Below the pieces are notes generated by a model. The model was given only the letters and a program-made list of their open reading frames with translations, did no database searches and was not told the DNA's origin. Position numbers and translations under genes: made by a program. A stretch of 64,000 bases of DNA from an uncultured Gemmatimonadales bacterium (lineage in GTDB: Bacteria > Gemmatimonadota > Gemmatimonadetes > Gemmatimonadales > GWC2-71-9): positions 256,001 through 320,000 of the forward strand of contig CAWCFX010000006.1 in assembly GCA_963795085.1 (NCBI GenBank), in the 5' to 3' direction. Of this stretch, positions 1 to 9,785 are shown piece after piece. The first letter of the stretch is position 1, and each line of letters begins with the position of its first letter.

Positions 1-1530
1 GCCGGGGGTGGTGGAGTTGGGCGAGAGAAGGAGCACGGCCGGGTTGGAGCTGGTCAGCGTCACCGTTACCCCGCCGTGGTTGGTGGCGCCCAGGAACCCG
101 CCCGTGTTTTCCTGCAACCCGCTGGCCACCCCGTAGAAGAGTCCGTTCAGGGTGATCGCCGGCTGGCTCACCGTAATGGAGCGCGTCGCCGTACTGGTCG
201 CTGTCACCCCCGGACTGGTGGCCGCAATGGTGGTGGACCCGGCGGTGAGCGGATGGAACGCCACGCCTCCCTGCGACACGGCGGTGGGCGTGTAGTACAG
301 CCCGACGGGAATCTCCGCCATGCGGGTCGCGCCGTTGCCGGCCGAATCGGCCAGGTTGCCCACCGCGGGCGCCGAACTGGTGAAGGTCACGACCAATGGA
401 CCGGGTGCCCCGGCGCGGACATTCTGCACCGTGGTGAGGAAGCCGTTGGACCCGTCTGCGGTGCCCACCCGCGCGTACACGATGTTGTCGGCGGACAGCG
501 TCGTCGTGGTGCCCGGCAGGCCCTGCAGATCGAGCGCTGCCGGGACCACCGCGAATGCCATGGCGCCAGAGGTGAACCCTGTCGCCGTTGCGGTGATGGT
601 TTCTGAGCCAGTCTGGCCTTCCACGCCCTGGACGTAGTAGGAGAAGAAGCTCTGGCCATTGGGCACACTGACATTGATGGACGCCGCGCCCGGCGTCGTC
701 GCATTGGGCGACAGGAGGAGCACCCCGGGGTTGGAACTGGTCAGGGTCAGCGTGATGCCGCCGTGGTTCGTCGCGCCGAGGCCACCGCTGGCGGCCTCCT
801 GGAGCCCGGCGGCGACGCCATAGAAGAGGCTGTTGAGCGTGATGGCGGGTTGCGCAACGGTGACGGACCGGGTGGCCTGGGCCAGGGTGATAACGCCGGG
901 TGCACTCGCGGTGATGGCGGTGCTGCCGGAGGTCAGCGGGTGGAAAGCCACGCCGCCCTGGGCCACACTGGTGGGAGTGTAATACAGCCCCACCGGGATC
1001 ACCGCCGTCCTCGAGGCGGCGTTGGCAGTGGAGTCGGCGAGGTCGCCCACGGCCGGCACCGAGCTGACGAACGTGACCGTCAGGGGGCCCGGCGCACCGG
1101 CGCGGACGTTCTGGACCGTGGTCAGGAAGTTGTCGGTGCCGTCGCCGGTGCCGACCCGGGCATAGATGGCGTTGTCGGCGGAAAGCGTGGTCGTGTTGGC
1201 GGGGAGGCCCTGGAGGTCCAGGGCGGGTGTCACCACGGCCATGGCGGTCGCGCCGTTGGAGAACCCGGGTGCGCTGGCCGTAATGGTCTCCGACCCGGTC
1301 TGCCCCTCGACCCCCTGGATGTAGTAGCTGAAGAAGGCCTGGCCGCTCGGAACGCCGATAGTGATGGATGAGGTTCCCGCCGTGCTGGCATTTGGCGACA
1401 GCAGCAGCACCGCGGGATTGGAACTGGTCAGGGTCAGCGTGATGCCGCCGTGATTTGACGCGCCCAGGCTCCCGCTCGTGTTCTCCTGCAGCCCGGAGCC
1501 GACGCCATAGAAGGGCGCGTTCAGGGTAAT
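1..1530 (-). repeat. Intragenic tandem repeat of 687 bp (229 aa), at least 2.2 copies
   Basis: The motif encoding NHGG.T.TLTSSNP.VLLLSPN recurs with its TGGTCA anchor at 51, 738 and 1425, exactly 687 bp apart. The copies have diverged at the DNA level. Confidence 0.9.
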
Positions 1531-3744
1531 CCCCGGGACCGGGTTCACCGTGACACTGATGCTGTCAGGCTGGATGTTCGGCGCCGTGACCAGCAGCTGG
1601 GTGGTACACGGCAGCGAGGCGCTTCCGCCGTAGGACAAGGCGGACGTTGTCGTCACCAGCCCGGTCGCGATGGTCACGGGAGATGCCGCGGCCACGCAAC
1701 CTGGGCTGGCGGCGGCCACCGTCACGGTGACACCCGGCGACGGTGCGGCGATGCCGGCGCCGTTGCTCTCAAATGCGACGGTAACCGTGGTACCGAAGCT
1801 GGGGTTCAGCGTAGCGGAGGCCTGCAGAATGTTGAGCGACGCCCGGGTGGTCGCCGCCGAGGTAGCGGTGGAATAGGCCTGGTTGCTGACCGTGATGGTG
1901 GCCGGACCGGGGAGGACCCCGCTTAGAGTGGCGTTGCCCGTCAGGGAACCGGCGGGGATGAAGACCGTCGGAGCCTGGACGGCAACAAAGTTGGGAGCAT
2001 CGCTCGACACATCGAAGGTCACACCGCCGGCGGGCGCCGGGCTCGCCAGCTGAATGGGCAGCGAGGCGGTCTGGCCGTACGGCACATTGAGCGAAGGCGG
2101 CAGGCTGATCGAGCGGTCCTGCACATCCACGGTCAGGGTGCCTTCGGTGAACCCGCTCGCGTTGCCCCGTATGGTGGTGCTGCCCACGGCGAGGCCGTTC
2201 AGGGCGACGGTGCCCGCCGTCTGGTTCTGGGGGATCACCACGGTGCCGCCACCGCTCACCGAGACCGTCCCCGGCGCGTCGCTGGTGACGGTCACCGTTA
2301 CCCCGCCGGCTCCCGCCGGCTGGCTGAGGCCCACCTGAACCGTGGCGGAGAGACCGACCCCAACCCCGGGCACGCCGGAGAAGGACAGGAGCACCGAGGG
2401 CGTGGCAAAGGTGGCGGTCGCGTTGAAAACAGCGGGCGAGAGCGCCAGGACCGACGCCGTCAGCGACTGCGGCGCCTGGTTGGTGCCCAGGGTCCAGGTC
2501 GTCTGGGCCCGACCCGCCCCGTCGGTTACCGAGCTGGCGGGCGCCACGTTCCCCTGGGCCGCCGACCAGTTGACCGTGGCGCCCGGCACCGGGATACCAG
2601 ACTGGTCTCGCACCTCCACGACCAGCGGGTTGGGCAGCGCGGTGCCGTTGGGGGCCGTCTGGTTGTTTCCGGCGATGATGACCACCGTATCGGCCGGGCC
2701 AGGACCGCCCCCGCCGGTCACCGTCGCGGCAAAGGTGACCGGGGAGCCCGCGAGGTTGGTTCCCGAGGCGGACACCTGCACCGCGCCGGCGGTGCCGCCC
2801 GCGGTGAGCGTGGTCTGAGCGAACCCCTGGTTGTCGGCGAGGACGCTGAGCGGCGCCACCGAGGTTCCCGGCGGCCCGCTCACCACCGCGAAATCCACCT
2901 GGTACCCCAGCGGATACGGGTTGCCGGCGGCGTCTCGCACCTGCACCACCAGCGGCGCGGCCGCCGGGGCCCCGGCGGCGACCGTCTGGTTGTTGCCGGA
3001 ACTGAGGACCAGTTGGCCGGGCGGCGGCGCGAAACTCAGCCGCCGGGAAGTGGTCCGCCCGGTTGGCGTTTCGGCAATGACATCCACCGAGTCGGTCAGG
3101 GTGAGCGGGGCCCGGATCCAGGCCCCATCTACCCCGGTCGGCACAATCTGATTGAGCTTGAGACTATCGCTGGAACGGAATCCGACCGGCACGCCGGGGA
3201 CGACAACGCCGCCCTGCCAGACCTGGGCGGTGGCCAGCACGCTGTCTCCACCGGGGACCGCCGTCTGCGACAGGACCATGCTGACGCTGTCGGCCAGAGC
3301 CCCGGGCCCGACATAGACAGCGGTCATCCGCGGTGTCGCGGTACTCTGGCTGGCCCGCACCGTAACGGTGCCGTTCACCTCGTAGTAGGTGATCCCGCCG
3401 CCTTCGGTCCCCACGTAGAAATCAAACGTCTCGCTGGCGTCTCGCAGGTCGATCGTGAGGGTGATCGCCAGGGTGTCCAGGTTGGCGCGGATCGCGGCCG
3501 CGTTCACCCAGATGGCCCGGTTGTAGGCATAGCTGCTGTCGGCCCGCCGAAGGCGAACCCGCACGGAATCAAGCGGAATGGGGATGTCGGCCCGGGTCCG
3601 GACCAGGCCGGTAAGGTCCATCGCGGTGGTGACGGGGATACCAGACCCGGTGCCGACCGAATCGGAGCAGGTGGATACCAGCATGACGAGCCCGACAACC
3701 AGCCCAGACTTGCCGAGCCCGCGCACCAGGTTCCTCACGCTCAC
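1..3744 (-). CDS. Large Ig-like repeat (Big_1/invasin-like) surface lipoprotein, putative adhesin; 3' end lies beyond the window
   Basis: Absent from the ORF track because no stop falls in the window. I translated the segments near 3744, 2600, 1500 and 1 by hand and they share one frame. GTG at 3744 gives MSVRNLVRGLGKSGLVVGLVMLVST-C (lipobox-like). It contains Big_1-like segments (IIAGNNQTAPNGTALPNPLVVEVRDQSGIPVPGATVNW) and is Thr/Ser/Gly/Val-rich. Confidence 0.85.
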   Translation of the reverse strand, partial: MSVRNLVRGLGKSGLVVGLVMLVSTCSDSVGTGSGIPVTTAMDLTGLVRTRADIPIPLDSVRVRLRRADSSYAYNRAIWVNAAAIRANLDTLAITLTIDLRDASETFDFYVGTEGGGITYYEVNGTVTVRASQSTATPRMTAVYVGPGALADSVSMVLSQTAVPGGDSVLATAQVWQGGVVVPGVPVGFRSSDSLKLNQIVPTGVDGAWIRAPLTLTDSVDVIAETPTGRTTSRRLSFAPPPGQLVLSSGNNQTVAAGAPAAAPLVVQVRDAAGNPYPLGYQVDFAVVSGPPGTSVAPLSVLADNQGFAQTTLTAGGTAGAVQVSASGTNLAGSPVTFAATVTGGGGPGPADTVVIIAGNNQTAPNGTALPNPLVVEVRDQSGIPVPGATVNWSAAQGNVAPASSVTDGAGRAQTTWTLGTNQAPQSLTASVLALSPAVFNATATFATPSVLLSFSGVPGVGVGLSATVQVGLSQPAGAGGVTVTVTSDAPGTVSVSGGGTVVIPQNQTAGTVALNGLAVGSTTIRGNASGFTEGTLTVDVQDRSISLPPSLNVPYGQTASLPIQLASPAPAGGVTFDVSSDAPNFVAVQAPTVFIPAGSLTGNATLSGVLPGPATITVSNQAYSTATSAATTRASLNILQASATLNPSFGTTVTVAFESNGAGIAAPSPGVTVTVAAASPGCVAAASPVTIATGLVTTTSALSYGGSASLPCTTQLLVTAPNIQPDSISVTVNPVPGITLNAPFYGVGSGLQENTSGSLGASNHGGITLTLTSSNPAVLLLSPNASTAGTSSITIGVPSGQAFFSYYIQGVEGQTGSETITASAPGFSNGATAMAVVTPALDLQGLPANTTTLSADNAIYARVGTGDGTDNFLTTVQNVRAGAPGPLTVTFVSSVPAVGDLADSTANAASRTAVIPVGLYYTPTSVAQGGVAFHPLTSGSTAITASAPGVITLAQATRSVTVAQPAITLNSLFYGVAAGLQEAASGGLGATNHGGITLTLTSSNPGVLLLSPNATTPGAASINVSVPNGQSFFSYYVQGVEGQTGSETITATATGFTSGAMAFAVVPAALDLQGLPGTTTTLSADNIVYARVGTADGSNGFLTTVQNVRAGAPGPLVVTFTSSAPAVGNLADSAGNGATRMAEIPVGLYYTPTAVSQGGVAFHPLTAGSTTIAATSPGVTATSTATRSITVSQPAITLNGLFYGVASGLQENTGGFLGATNHGGVTVTLTSSNPAVLLLSPNSTTPG

Positions 3745-3789
3745 GCCCTCGCGATTGACGACGGACTCTCTGAAGGGGGATGCTGCTGG

Positions 3790-3818
3790 AACCTACGGGT
3801 CGGCTCTGGCGGTGTCAA
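3790..3818 (-). promoter_or_regulatory. Putative sigma70 promoter of the Ig-repeat gene
   Basis: The minus strand reads TTGACA-N17-TAGGTT about 45 bp upstream of the GTG at 3744. Confidence 0.5.
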
Positions 3819-3857
3819 CGAAGTGGCGGCCGCGCAACAGGCGAACCGCGGGCCGGC

Positions 3858-6239
3858 TCAGGAATGGAGGGTGGAACGGACCAGCCGGGGGCCCACGACG
3901 TCCCCCTGCTGCAGCAGGTCCTCGACCTCAAAGGGCTTGAGGGGATGGGCCAGCAGGTAACCCTGCCCCCAGTCGCACCCGAGCGCCCGCAACTGGTGGA
4001 ACTGGGCCTCGGTCTCGATGCCCTCGGCCACCACCTTCATCCCCAGGTTACGGGCCAGCGTAATGATGGTCCGGGCGATTTCGGAGTTCTCGCCGGCCAC
4101 GCCGAGCTGGCTGATAAAGGAGCGGTCGATCTTCAGGGCGTCAATCGCAAATCGCTGGAGGTAGTTGAGCGAGGAGTACCCGGTGCCGAAGTCATCGATC
4201 TGCACCTGGATGCCCGACTGCTTGAGCTGCCGGAGCGTCAGCACACTGGCTTCGGCGTAATCCATCAGGGCCGATTCCGTGATCTCCAGCTTCAGGGCCT
4301 GCGGCGAGAGTCCGGTCCCGGCCACGATCTCGACCACCCGCTCGTGCAGGCCGTCCAGCCGGAAGAGGCGGGCCGACAGATTGACGCTGATGCTGAGATC
4401 ATGGTACTCGGGGAACCGTTCCTGCCAGGACCGCATCTGGCGGCAGGCCTCGCCCAGCACCCACCAGCCGATGGGCACGATGAGCCCGGTTTCTTCCGCC
4501 GTCGCGATGAACTCGCTGGGGCTGATGATGCCACGCTGCGGGTGGTGCCACCGGATGAGGGCCTCGAAGCCGACCAGCCGGCCGCTCTCGAGGTCGACGA
4601 TGGGCTGGTAGTCGAGCAGGAACTCCGCCCGCTCCACGGCGCGCCGCAGATCGGTCTCCAGGTGCAGCAGGGTCAGCACGTCGGCGTGCATGGCCTTCTG
4701 GAATACCTCGTGGCGGGCCTTCCCGCCCGACTTGGCCCGGTACATCGCGGTGTCGGCATCCCGGAGCAACTGCTCGGCCCGGGCATAGTCGGCGTCGCCG
4801 TGGGCGATGCCGATGCTGGCGGACGTGTAAACATCCTGGCCGCCGATGTTGAACGGGTGCTCCAACTCCGCATGAATCCGGCCGGCCACCTGACTGGCCT
4901 CCTCCAGGTCGCGCAGGTCCTCGAGCAGAATGGTGAACTCGTCGCCGCCCAGCCGAGACACCGTGTCGCCGGGACGGACACACCGCTCCATCCGGCGGGC
5001 GAACTCGACCAGGAGCCGGTCGCCCAGCAGGTGGCCCAGGCTGTCGTTGACCACCTTGAAGCGGTCAAGATCCAGGAACAGCACGGCGAAAATTTCATCG
5101 GGACGACGCCGGGCCCGGGCCAGCGCGTGCTCCAGCCGGTCGGTAAACAGGGTGCGGTTAGGCAGGCCGGTCAGGCCATCGTGCAGGGCATCGTGCTGCA
5201 GCTGGCGCTCATACAGCTTGCGCTCGCTGATATCGGTCTGGGATCCGGCCATCCGGTACGCGGATCCCTCCTCGTCCCGGAGGACGATGCCCCGGACCAG
5301 CATCCACCGGTACACCCCGTCCGCCATGCGCATCCGGTGCTCGCTCTCGAGGTGGGCTCCCCCGCCGTCGATATGCACGGCAATCTCGGCCCGCACCCGG
5401 TCCCGGTCCTCGGGATGCACCCGTGAAAACCAGTCCTCGGGGTCGGTCGAGGTCTGGTGCTCCGGCAATCCCAGCATCGCCTTCCAGCGGGGCGAGAAGT
5501 AGATCTCCCCGGTGCGGAAGTTCCAGTCCCAGAGCCCGTCACTGGATCCCCGTGCCGCCAGGGCATAGCGCTCCTCGCTCTCCCGCAACGCCTGTTCGAC
5601 TTTCCGGCGGTGGGTGATATCCCGGTAACTCCCGTACACCGCCACCTGGATGCCGTTGACCAGGATAGGCGTGCCCAGGATGGAAACGTCCACCAGCCCG
5701 CCGTCCCGGCGGCGCCGGACGGTTTCCATGCTGATGCGCTTGCCGCGGGCCGCGTGCTCGGTCAGCGTACTGGCTTCCGCATGGAGCTCGCTGGGGGCCA
5801 GGACATCGTCGACCGACTGTCCCCGCACTTCCTCCGAGCTATATCCGAACAGGTCGGTGAAATGGGAATTCACCCGGAGAATGCGGCTGTCATTTCCGAC
5901 CAGGACCAGCGCATCCGGGGCGCTCTCGAACAGCTGCTCCAGCGAGGCTTTCTCCAGATTGAGGGCGGTGGAGAGTTCCCGCTGCTCGCTCAAGAATCCA
6001 TCGAGAAAAAACACCACCAGCAGGGCAAGCGCACTCACAAGGAGGTGGGCGATTTCGCCCGCGTGCAGAGGAACGGCAGACTCGAGAACGAGGGTGAGGG
6101 GCAGGATGGTCCCCGGGAGGGCCATGACCGCCAGCAAGCCGGAAAGGAGGCCCATCCGCCAATCCCGGTGCCGACGCCAGAGCATAAGAGAGAGCCCCAG
6201 GGCACCGACCCGGAAGATGAACGAAAGTACCCCTATCAT
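3858..6239 (-). CDS. Membrane-anchored PAS-PAS-GGDEF-EAL diguanylate cyclase/phosphodiesterase
   Basis: Three N-terminal TM segments and two PAS/PAC domains. RPGD I-site before RLGGDEF, EAL motif (GFEALIRW) and DDFGTGYSS. Confidence 0.95.
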   Translation of the reverse strand: MIGVLSFIFRVGALGLSLMLWRRHRDWRMGLLSGLLAVMALPGTILPLTLVLESAVPLHAGEIAHLLVSALALLVVFFLDGFLSEQRELSTALNLEKASLEQLFESAPDALVLVGNDSRILRVNSHFTDLFGYSSEEVRGQSVDDVLAPSELHAEASTLTEHAARGKRISMETVRRRRDGGLVDVSILGTPILVNGIQVAVYGSYRDITHRRKVEQALRESEERYALAARGSSDGLWDWNFRTGEIYFSPRWKAMLGLPEHQTSTDPEDWFSRVHPEDRDRVRAEIAVHIDGGGAHLESEHRMRMADGVYRWMLVRGIVLRDEEGSAYRMAGSQTDISERKLYERQLQHDALHDGLTGLPNRTLFTDRLEHALARARRRPDEIFAVLFLDLDRFKVVNDSLGHLLGDRLLVEFARRMERCVRPGDTVSRLGGDEFTILLEDLRDLEEASQVAGRIHAELEHPFNIGGQDVYTSASIGIAHGDADYARAEQLLRDADTAMYRAKSGGKARHEVFQKAMHADVLTLLHLETDLRRAVERAEFLLDYQPIVDLESGRLVGFEALIRWHHPQRGIISPSEFIATAEETGLIVPIGWWVLGEACRQMRSWQERFPEYHDLSISVNLSARLFRLDGLHERVVEIVAGTGLSPQALKLEITESALMDYAEASVLTLRQLKQSGIQVQIDDFGTGYSSLNYLQRFAIDALKIDRSFISQLGVAGENSEIARTIITLARNLGMKVVAEGIETEAQFHQLRALGCDWGQGYLLAHPLKPFEVEDLLQQGDVVGPRLVRSTLHS

Positions 6240-6432
6240 CGACTGGTCCCGCGACAGTATGCAATATCGTGCTGCACCATATCCTCTAAAGCTTAGATGA
6301 GCCAGAGGTTAGCCACGGGTGAACAGGCATTAAACAGCAAAGGGTGGGCCAGTGGGGGGAGGCGGGAACGAGGCACTTGGGGGCGGAAGACGACCAGCAC
6401 GGGGGGGCGAAACGCCAGTAGGGCTTCGAACC

Positions 6433-6732
6433 TCAGTTACGAAGGTAATGAATACTCAGTCGGGCCCACTGGGGCCGGTTGGCGGCTTCGGTTGGCGGGT
6501 CCACACGAAGGGAGACCCGAGTGAGGGAAGTTTCCACCGGATGTACGGAAGCCTGGCCAGCGGCGAGGCGGGTCGCCAGCTCCCGCGCGGACCGGAGACC
6601 GGACCATGCGGCCTCGGTTTCCACAACCCGAGCGGTCGCTTGCATGCTGCCAGAACGCTGTGCCGCTACAGGTTGGCTATCCAGCGTTAATGCGATCGCC
6701 AAGCCGCCCAACAACCAAACCATCCGTTTCAC
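6433..6732 (-). CDS. Small secreted protein (99 aa) with pilin-like N- and C-terminal strands
   Basis: GTG at 6732 follows AAAGGA. Signal peptide MKRMVWLLGGLAIALTLDSQPVAA. The mature start is QRSGSMQATARVV and the C-terminus is ARLSIHYLRN. Confidence 0.6.
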   Translation of the reverse strand: MKRMVWLLGGLAIALTLDSQPVAAQRSGSMQATARVVETEAAWSGLRSARELATRLAAGQASVHPVETSLTRVSLRVDPPTEAANRPQWARLSIHYLRN

Positions 6733-7000
6733 GATAGATCCTTTGCCGGATGCCAGCCGGGGGAGGCCGCATCGCCCTGACCCAAGGGCAGAATGCGTGC
6801 TCACCGGAGTCATTTCGTTCAACTGTGTATGGACCAATAACTTATCAACTCCGGGAAACCGGGTAAATAGATCGGAAAAGTGTCGATATTCTTTTCGATG
6901 GCCATTCACAGCCAGGTAGTTTTACCGTAAGCGTATACGGGGGCTACCGTTCTCTGCATCCGTATAAACTCTATACATCACTGTAAAAACTAGTCGGGGT

Positions 7001-7016
7001 TGGCACACCGCTTGCC
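7001..7016 (+). promoter_or_regulatory. sigma54 (-24/-12) promoter of pilin 1
   Basis: TGGCAC-ACCGC-TTGC matches TGGCAC-N5-TTGC. It lies about 80 bp before the ATG at 7094, downstream of an AT-rich region. Confidence 0.8.
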
Positions 7017-7093
7017 CAGCCTGCCCCCGTCGGCGAGACCCGGCACGGCCGACTTCTCCGCAGGCTCACACCATTATCCAAGGGAGTCAGGAC

Positions 7094-7594
7094 ATGCGTA
7101 TCATCACCCGAGTCGTTGTCGGTCTCGCCGCTGTGGCCATGCTGGCCACCGTGACCGCAAACGCGCAGACCCAGACCGGCGCCGTTTCCGCGCTGGCCAA
7201 CGTGCAGCAGCCGATCAACGTCGCCGGCGCCGTCGACCTCGACTTCGGCAACGTCTTCCCCGGCGTCAACAAGACCATCGGGGTAGCCGCCGCGACGGCC
7301 GGCCGCTTCGACGTAACCGGCCAGGGCGCCGCGCCGGTGCTCATCAGCTTTGTCCTGCCCGCCAACCTCACCTCCGGCGCCAACAACCTGCCGATCGGCA
7401 CCTGGACCGGACACCACAACACAGTGAACGCCCCGGCGGGTGGAACCAATTTCACGCCGTCGGCGGCTACCACCAACTCGGCCTTCAGCGCGGGCGGCAA
7501 CCTGTTCGTCTTCGTCGGTGCCTCCGTCACCCCGGCTTCCAACCAGGCGGCGGGCGGATACAGCGGCACCGTGCAGATGACCGTGACGTACTAA
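7094..7594 (+). CDS. DUF4402-like / chaperone-usher pilin subunit 1 (likely major pilin)
   Basis: GGGAG RBS and a signal peptide ending ANA-Q. LDFG motif and C-terminal GGYSGTVQMTVTY. Strongly GC3-biased codons. Confidence 0.8.
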   Translation: MRIITRVVVGLAAVAMLATVTANAQTQTGAVSALANVQQPINVAGAVDLDFGNVFPGVNKTIGVAAATAGRFDVTGQGAAPVLISFVLPANLTSGANNLPIGTWTGHHNTVNAPAGGTNFTPSAATTNSAFSAGGNLFVFVGASVTPASNQAAGGYSGTVQMTVTY

Positions 7595-7621
7595 CGAAAC
7601 CAGATCGCCCCCTGGACCAGT

Positions 7622-7664
7622 CGCCGGCCGGAGCCTCCGTGGCTTCGGCCGGCGCTGTCTTTCT
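7622..7664 (+). terminator. Intrinsic terminator or stabilising hairpin after pilin 1
   Basis: CGCCGGCCGGAGCC-tccgt-GGCTTCGGCCGGCG stem followed by CTGTCTTTC. Confidence 0.7.
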
Positions 7665-7852
7665 CGAGCCGATATCACCAGGCCGGTGCATTTCGAAGGA
7701 TTTCTCTCAGGGTGCGTGGGGGGATGCTTACTGTTGTAACATTTGACACCACGGAAACGCTGAGAGCCAAGAAAACACTCCTAACCCATTATGGAAGCTA
7801 GTTATCGGCAACCATGTCGAAGGGCGATACAACTGACGTTCTCATGTATGGT

Positions 7853-7868
7853 TGGCATACACTTTGCC
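7853..7868 (+). promoter_or_regulatory. Second sigma54 promoter, upstream of pilin 2 and the assembly genes
   Basis: TGGCAT-ACACT-TTGC has correct GG-N10-GC spacing and sits 50 bp before the ATG at 7918. Confidence 0.75.
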
Positions 7869-7917
7869 AAGATACTGGTCAGCCCGACCTTTTTCCGCCC
7901 CCTGAAGGAATGACTGA

Positions 7918-8415
7918 ATGAGCACTCTGCGCATCCCCCTGCGCGTCGTCATGCTGGCCTCGGCCCTTTCGACTCCATGCCTGGCCCAGACGCAATCGGC
8001 AAACATCCTGGCCACCGCCACGGTCATGCAGCCCATCAATGTCGCGGGAGCCACCAATCTGGCATTCGGAAGTGTCTTCCCCGGATTGGCGCGGACCATC
8101 GCGGTCAACGCCGCGGGTGCCGGCCGGTTTGATGTCACCGGCCAGGCGAGCGCGCCGGTCTTTGTCTCCTTTGTCCTCCCGGCCAACCTGACTTCGGGTG
8201 CCAATACCTTGCCGATCGGATCCTGGACCGGCCACCGGAATACCGTCAACAACCCAACGACGGGGACCAGTTTTACGCCCTCGGCCGCGACCACCGCGGC
8301 GACCTTCAGCGGGACCGGCCAGCTCTTTGTATTTGTCGGTGCTACCGTGACTCCGGCCACCAGCCAGACGGCCGGCGTCTACAACGGCACGATCCAGATG
8401 ACGGTGACCTATTGA
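7918..8415 (+). CDS. DUF4402-like pilin subunit 2 (paralog of pilin 1)
   Basis: Shares long blocks with pilin 1 (QPINVAGA, AGRFDVTGQ, SFVLPANLTSGAN, QMTVTY). Has a signal peptide. Confidence 0.8.
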   Translation: MSTLRIPLRVVMLASALSTPCLAQTQSANILATATVMQPINVAGATNLAFGSVFPGLARTIAVNAAGAGRFDVTGQASAPVFVSFVLPANLTSGANTLPIGSWTGHRNTVNNPTTGTSFTPSAATTAATFSGTGQLFVFVGATVTPATSQTAGVYNGTIQMTVTY

Positions 8416-8492
8416 TTGACTCGGGGGGCCCCGCGGCCGGCAGGCCGGTATTCCTCTATCGGTGCGAAGCGACCGGGGCCCAAGGACAACAC

Positions 8493-8951
8493 ATGGCGAG
8501 AATGTTGTGGATTCTGCTGGCCCTGATCACCTGCACCGCGGCCGCGGCCTCGGGCCAGTTAACCGTGTCCGGGCTGCGTAACCTGGCTTTCGGTCCGGTG
8601 ATCCAGGGGTTGAACAGCAGCGTCCCGCCCAGCGATCCCGTCAAGAGCGGGCAGTTCGAGTTCATCGTGCCGATCGGCAGCCGGGTCCGGGTGCAGTTCA
8701 CGCTGCCCAACCGCCTGAACGGCCCCGGCGGAGCGCGGATGAACATCCAGTTCGCGAACAATGATGCCATTGCCCTGGGACAGGCGCCGTCCAGTACGCC
8801 GGTCACGTTCAACCCCCGGGCTCCCCAGACATTCAACGTTGTCTCAAGTAACCGGATCTGGGTCTTCCTTGGGGGGACAGTAACCCCAGCGGCGAACCAG
8901 GCCACCGGCAACTACAGCAATACAGTCACCCTGACAGTGACGGTCCTCTAG
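8493..8951 (+). CDS. DUF4402-like pilin subunit 3 (minor or tip candidate)
   Basis: ATG at 8493 follows AAGGA. Signal peptide, NLAFG motif and C-terminal GNYSNTVTLTVTVL. Confidence 0.75.
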   Translation: MARMLWILLALITCTAAAASGQLTVSGLRNLAFGPVIQGLNSSVPPSDPVKSGQFEFIVPIGSRVRVQFTLPNRLNGPGGARMNIQFANNDAIALGQAPSSTPVTFNPRAPQTFNVVSSNRIWVFLGGTVTPAANQATGNYSNTVTLTVTVL

Positions 8952-9785
8952 ATGAAGCGGCTCACTCTACTCCTGGTCCTGGCCCTGATGCCGCTGCCCC
9001 GCATTCTGTCGGCGCAGGGAGTGCTGGTCGCCCCCCATTACCTGATCATGGATCACCGGACCCGCAGTGGATCGGTCACCGTGTATAACCCGGGAGACGA
9101 GCCGGTGGAGGTGACCATCGGTACCATGTTCGGGTATCCGGGCACCGATTCTACGGGCGAGTTCACCCTGCTCACGCCGGAACCGGATTCGACCCTGCCC
9201 AGCGCCACGGCCTGGGTTGATGCCTTCCCCCGCCGGCTGACGCTCGGTCCCCGGGACCGGCAGACCGTCCGGCTGCTGGGGCGGCCGCCGGCGGGCCTCC
9301 GGGACGGGGAGTACTGGACTCGGCTGGTGGTCACCGCCAGGGGTGGCACCGTGCCGGTGGCCGGGGTGAGCGACACCGCCGGGATCAAGGTCGGCCTGAC
9401 CCTCGAGGTACGCACCATCCTCCCCGTGTTCTACCGAAAGGGAGCCCTGGAAACCGGGGTGACCATGTCCAACCTGCGCACCGCCATCAGCGGCGATTCC
9501 CTGGAGATCCGGACCCGAATGGAGCGCCGGGGCAGCGGCGCCTTCATCGGCACGCTGCGGGGCTCCCTGGTGGACTCGACGGGGGCCGTCGCCTCGAGCT
9601 TTGCGTCGCCGGTGGCCGTGTATTTCGACATTGACCCCCGCTTCACCACGCCGCTTCCCCGGCCCCGGAAACCGGGACGCTACCGACTCCGGCTCGAGCT
9701 GGCCAGCGAACGGCAGGATCTCCTGCCGGATTTCCTGCTGCAGACGTCCCCGGTCCACGATTCCATCGAGGTCCTGTTGCCATGA
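8952..9785 (+). CDS. PapD-like periplasmic pilus chaperone
   Basis: Signal peptide, then VLVAP..L..D....SGSVTVYNPG, FPRRLTLGPRDRQTVRL, DGEYWTRL and LPVFYR, which resemble fimbrial chaperone N-domains. Confidence 0.8.
   Translation: MKRLTLLLVLALMPLPRILSAQGVLVAPHYLIMDHRTRSGSVTVYNPGDEPVEVTIGTMFGYPGTDSTGEFTLLTPEPDSTLPSATAWVDAFPRRLTLGPRDRQTVRLLGRPPAGLRDGEYWTRLVVTARGGTVPVAGVSDTAGIKVGLTLEVRTILPVFYRKGALETGVTMSNLRTAISGDSLEIRTRMERRGSGAFIGTLRGSLVDSTGAVASSFASPVAVYFDIDPRFTTPLPRPRKPGRYRLRLELASERQDLLPDFLLQTSPVHDSIEVLLP

Noticed and set aside
76..3960. Many plus-strand ORFs in the first 4 kb
   Set aside because: They are antisense shadows of the minus-strand Ig-repeat gene and have no motifs.
3780..5426. 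548-aa plus-strand ORF
   Set aside because: It is an antisense shadow of the GGDEF-EAL gene, as expected with high GC3.
6259..6277. sigma54-like GCACGATATTGCA on the minus strand
   Set aside because: It lacks the invariant GG at the required 10-nt spacing.
6240..6432. Possible c-di-GMP riboswitch or G-quadruplex upstream of the GGDEF-EAL gene
   Set aside because: I could not match the GEMM-I or GEMM-II cores on the relevant strand, and G-runs are common at this GC content. An Infernal/Rfam scan would settle it.
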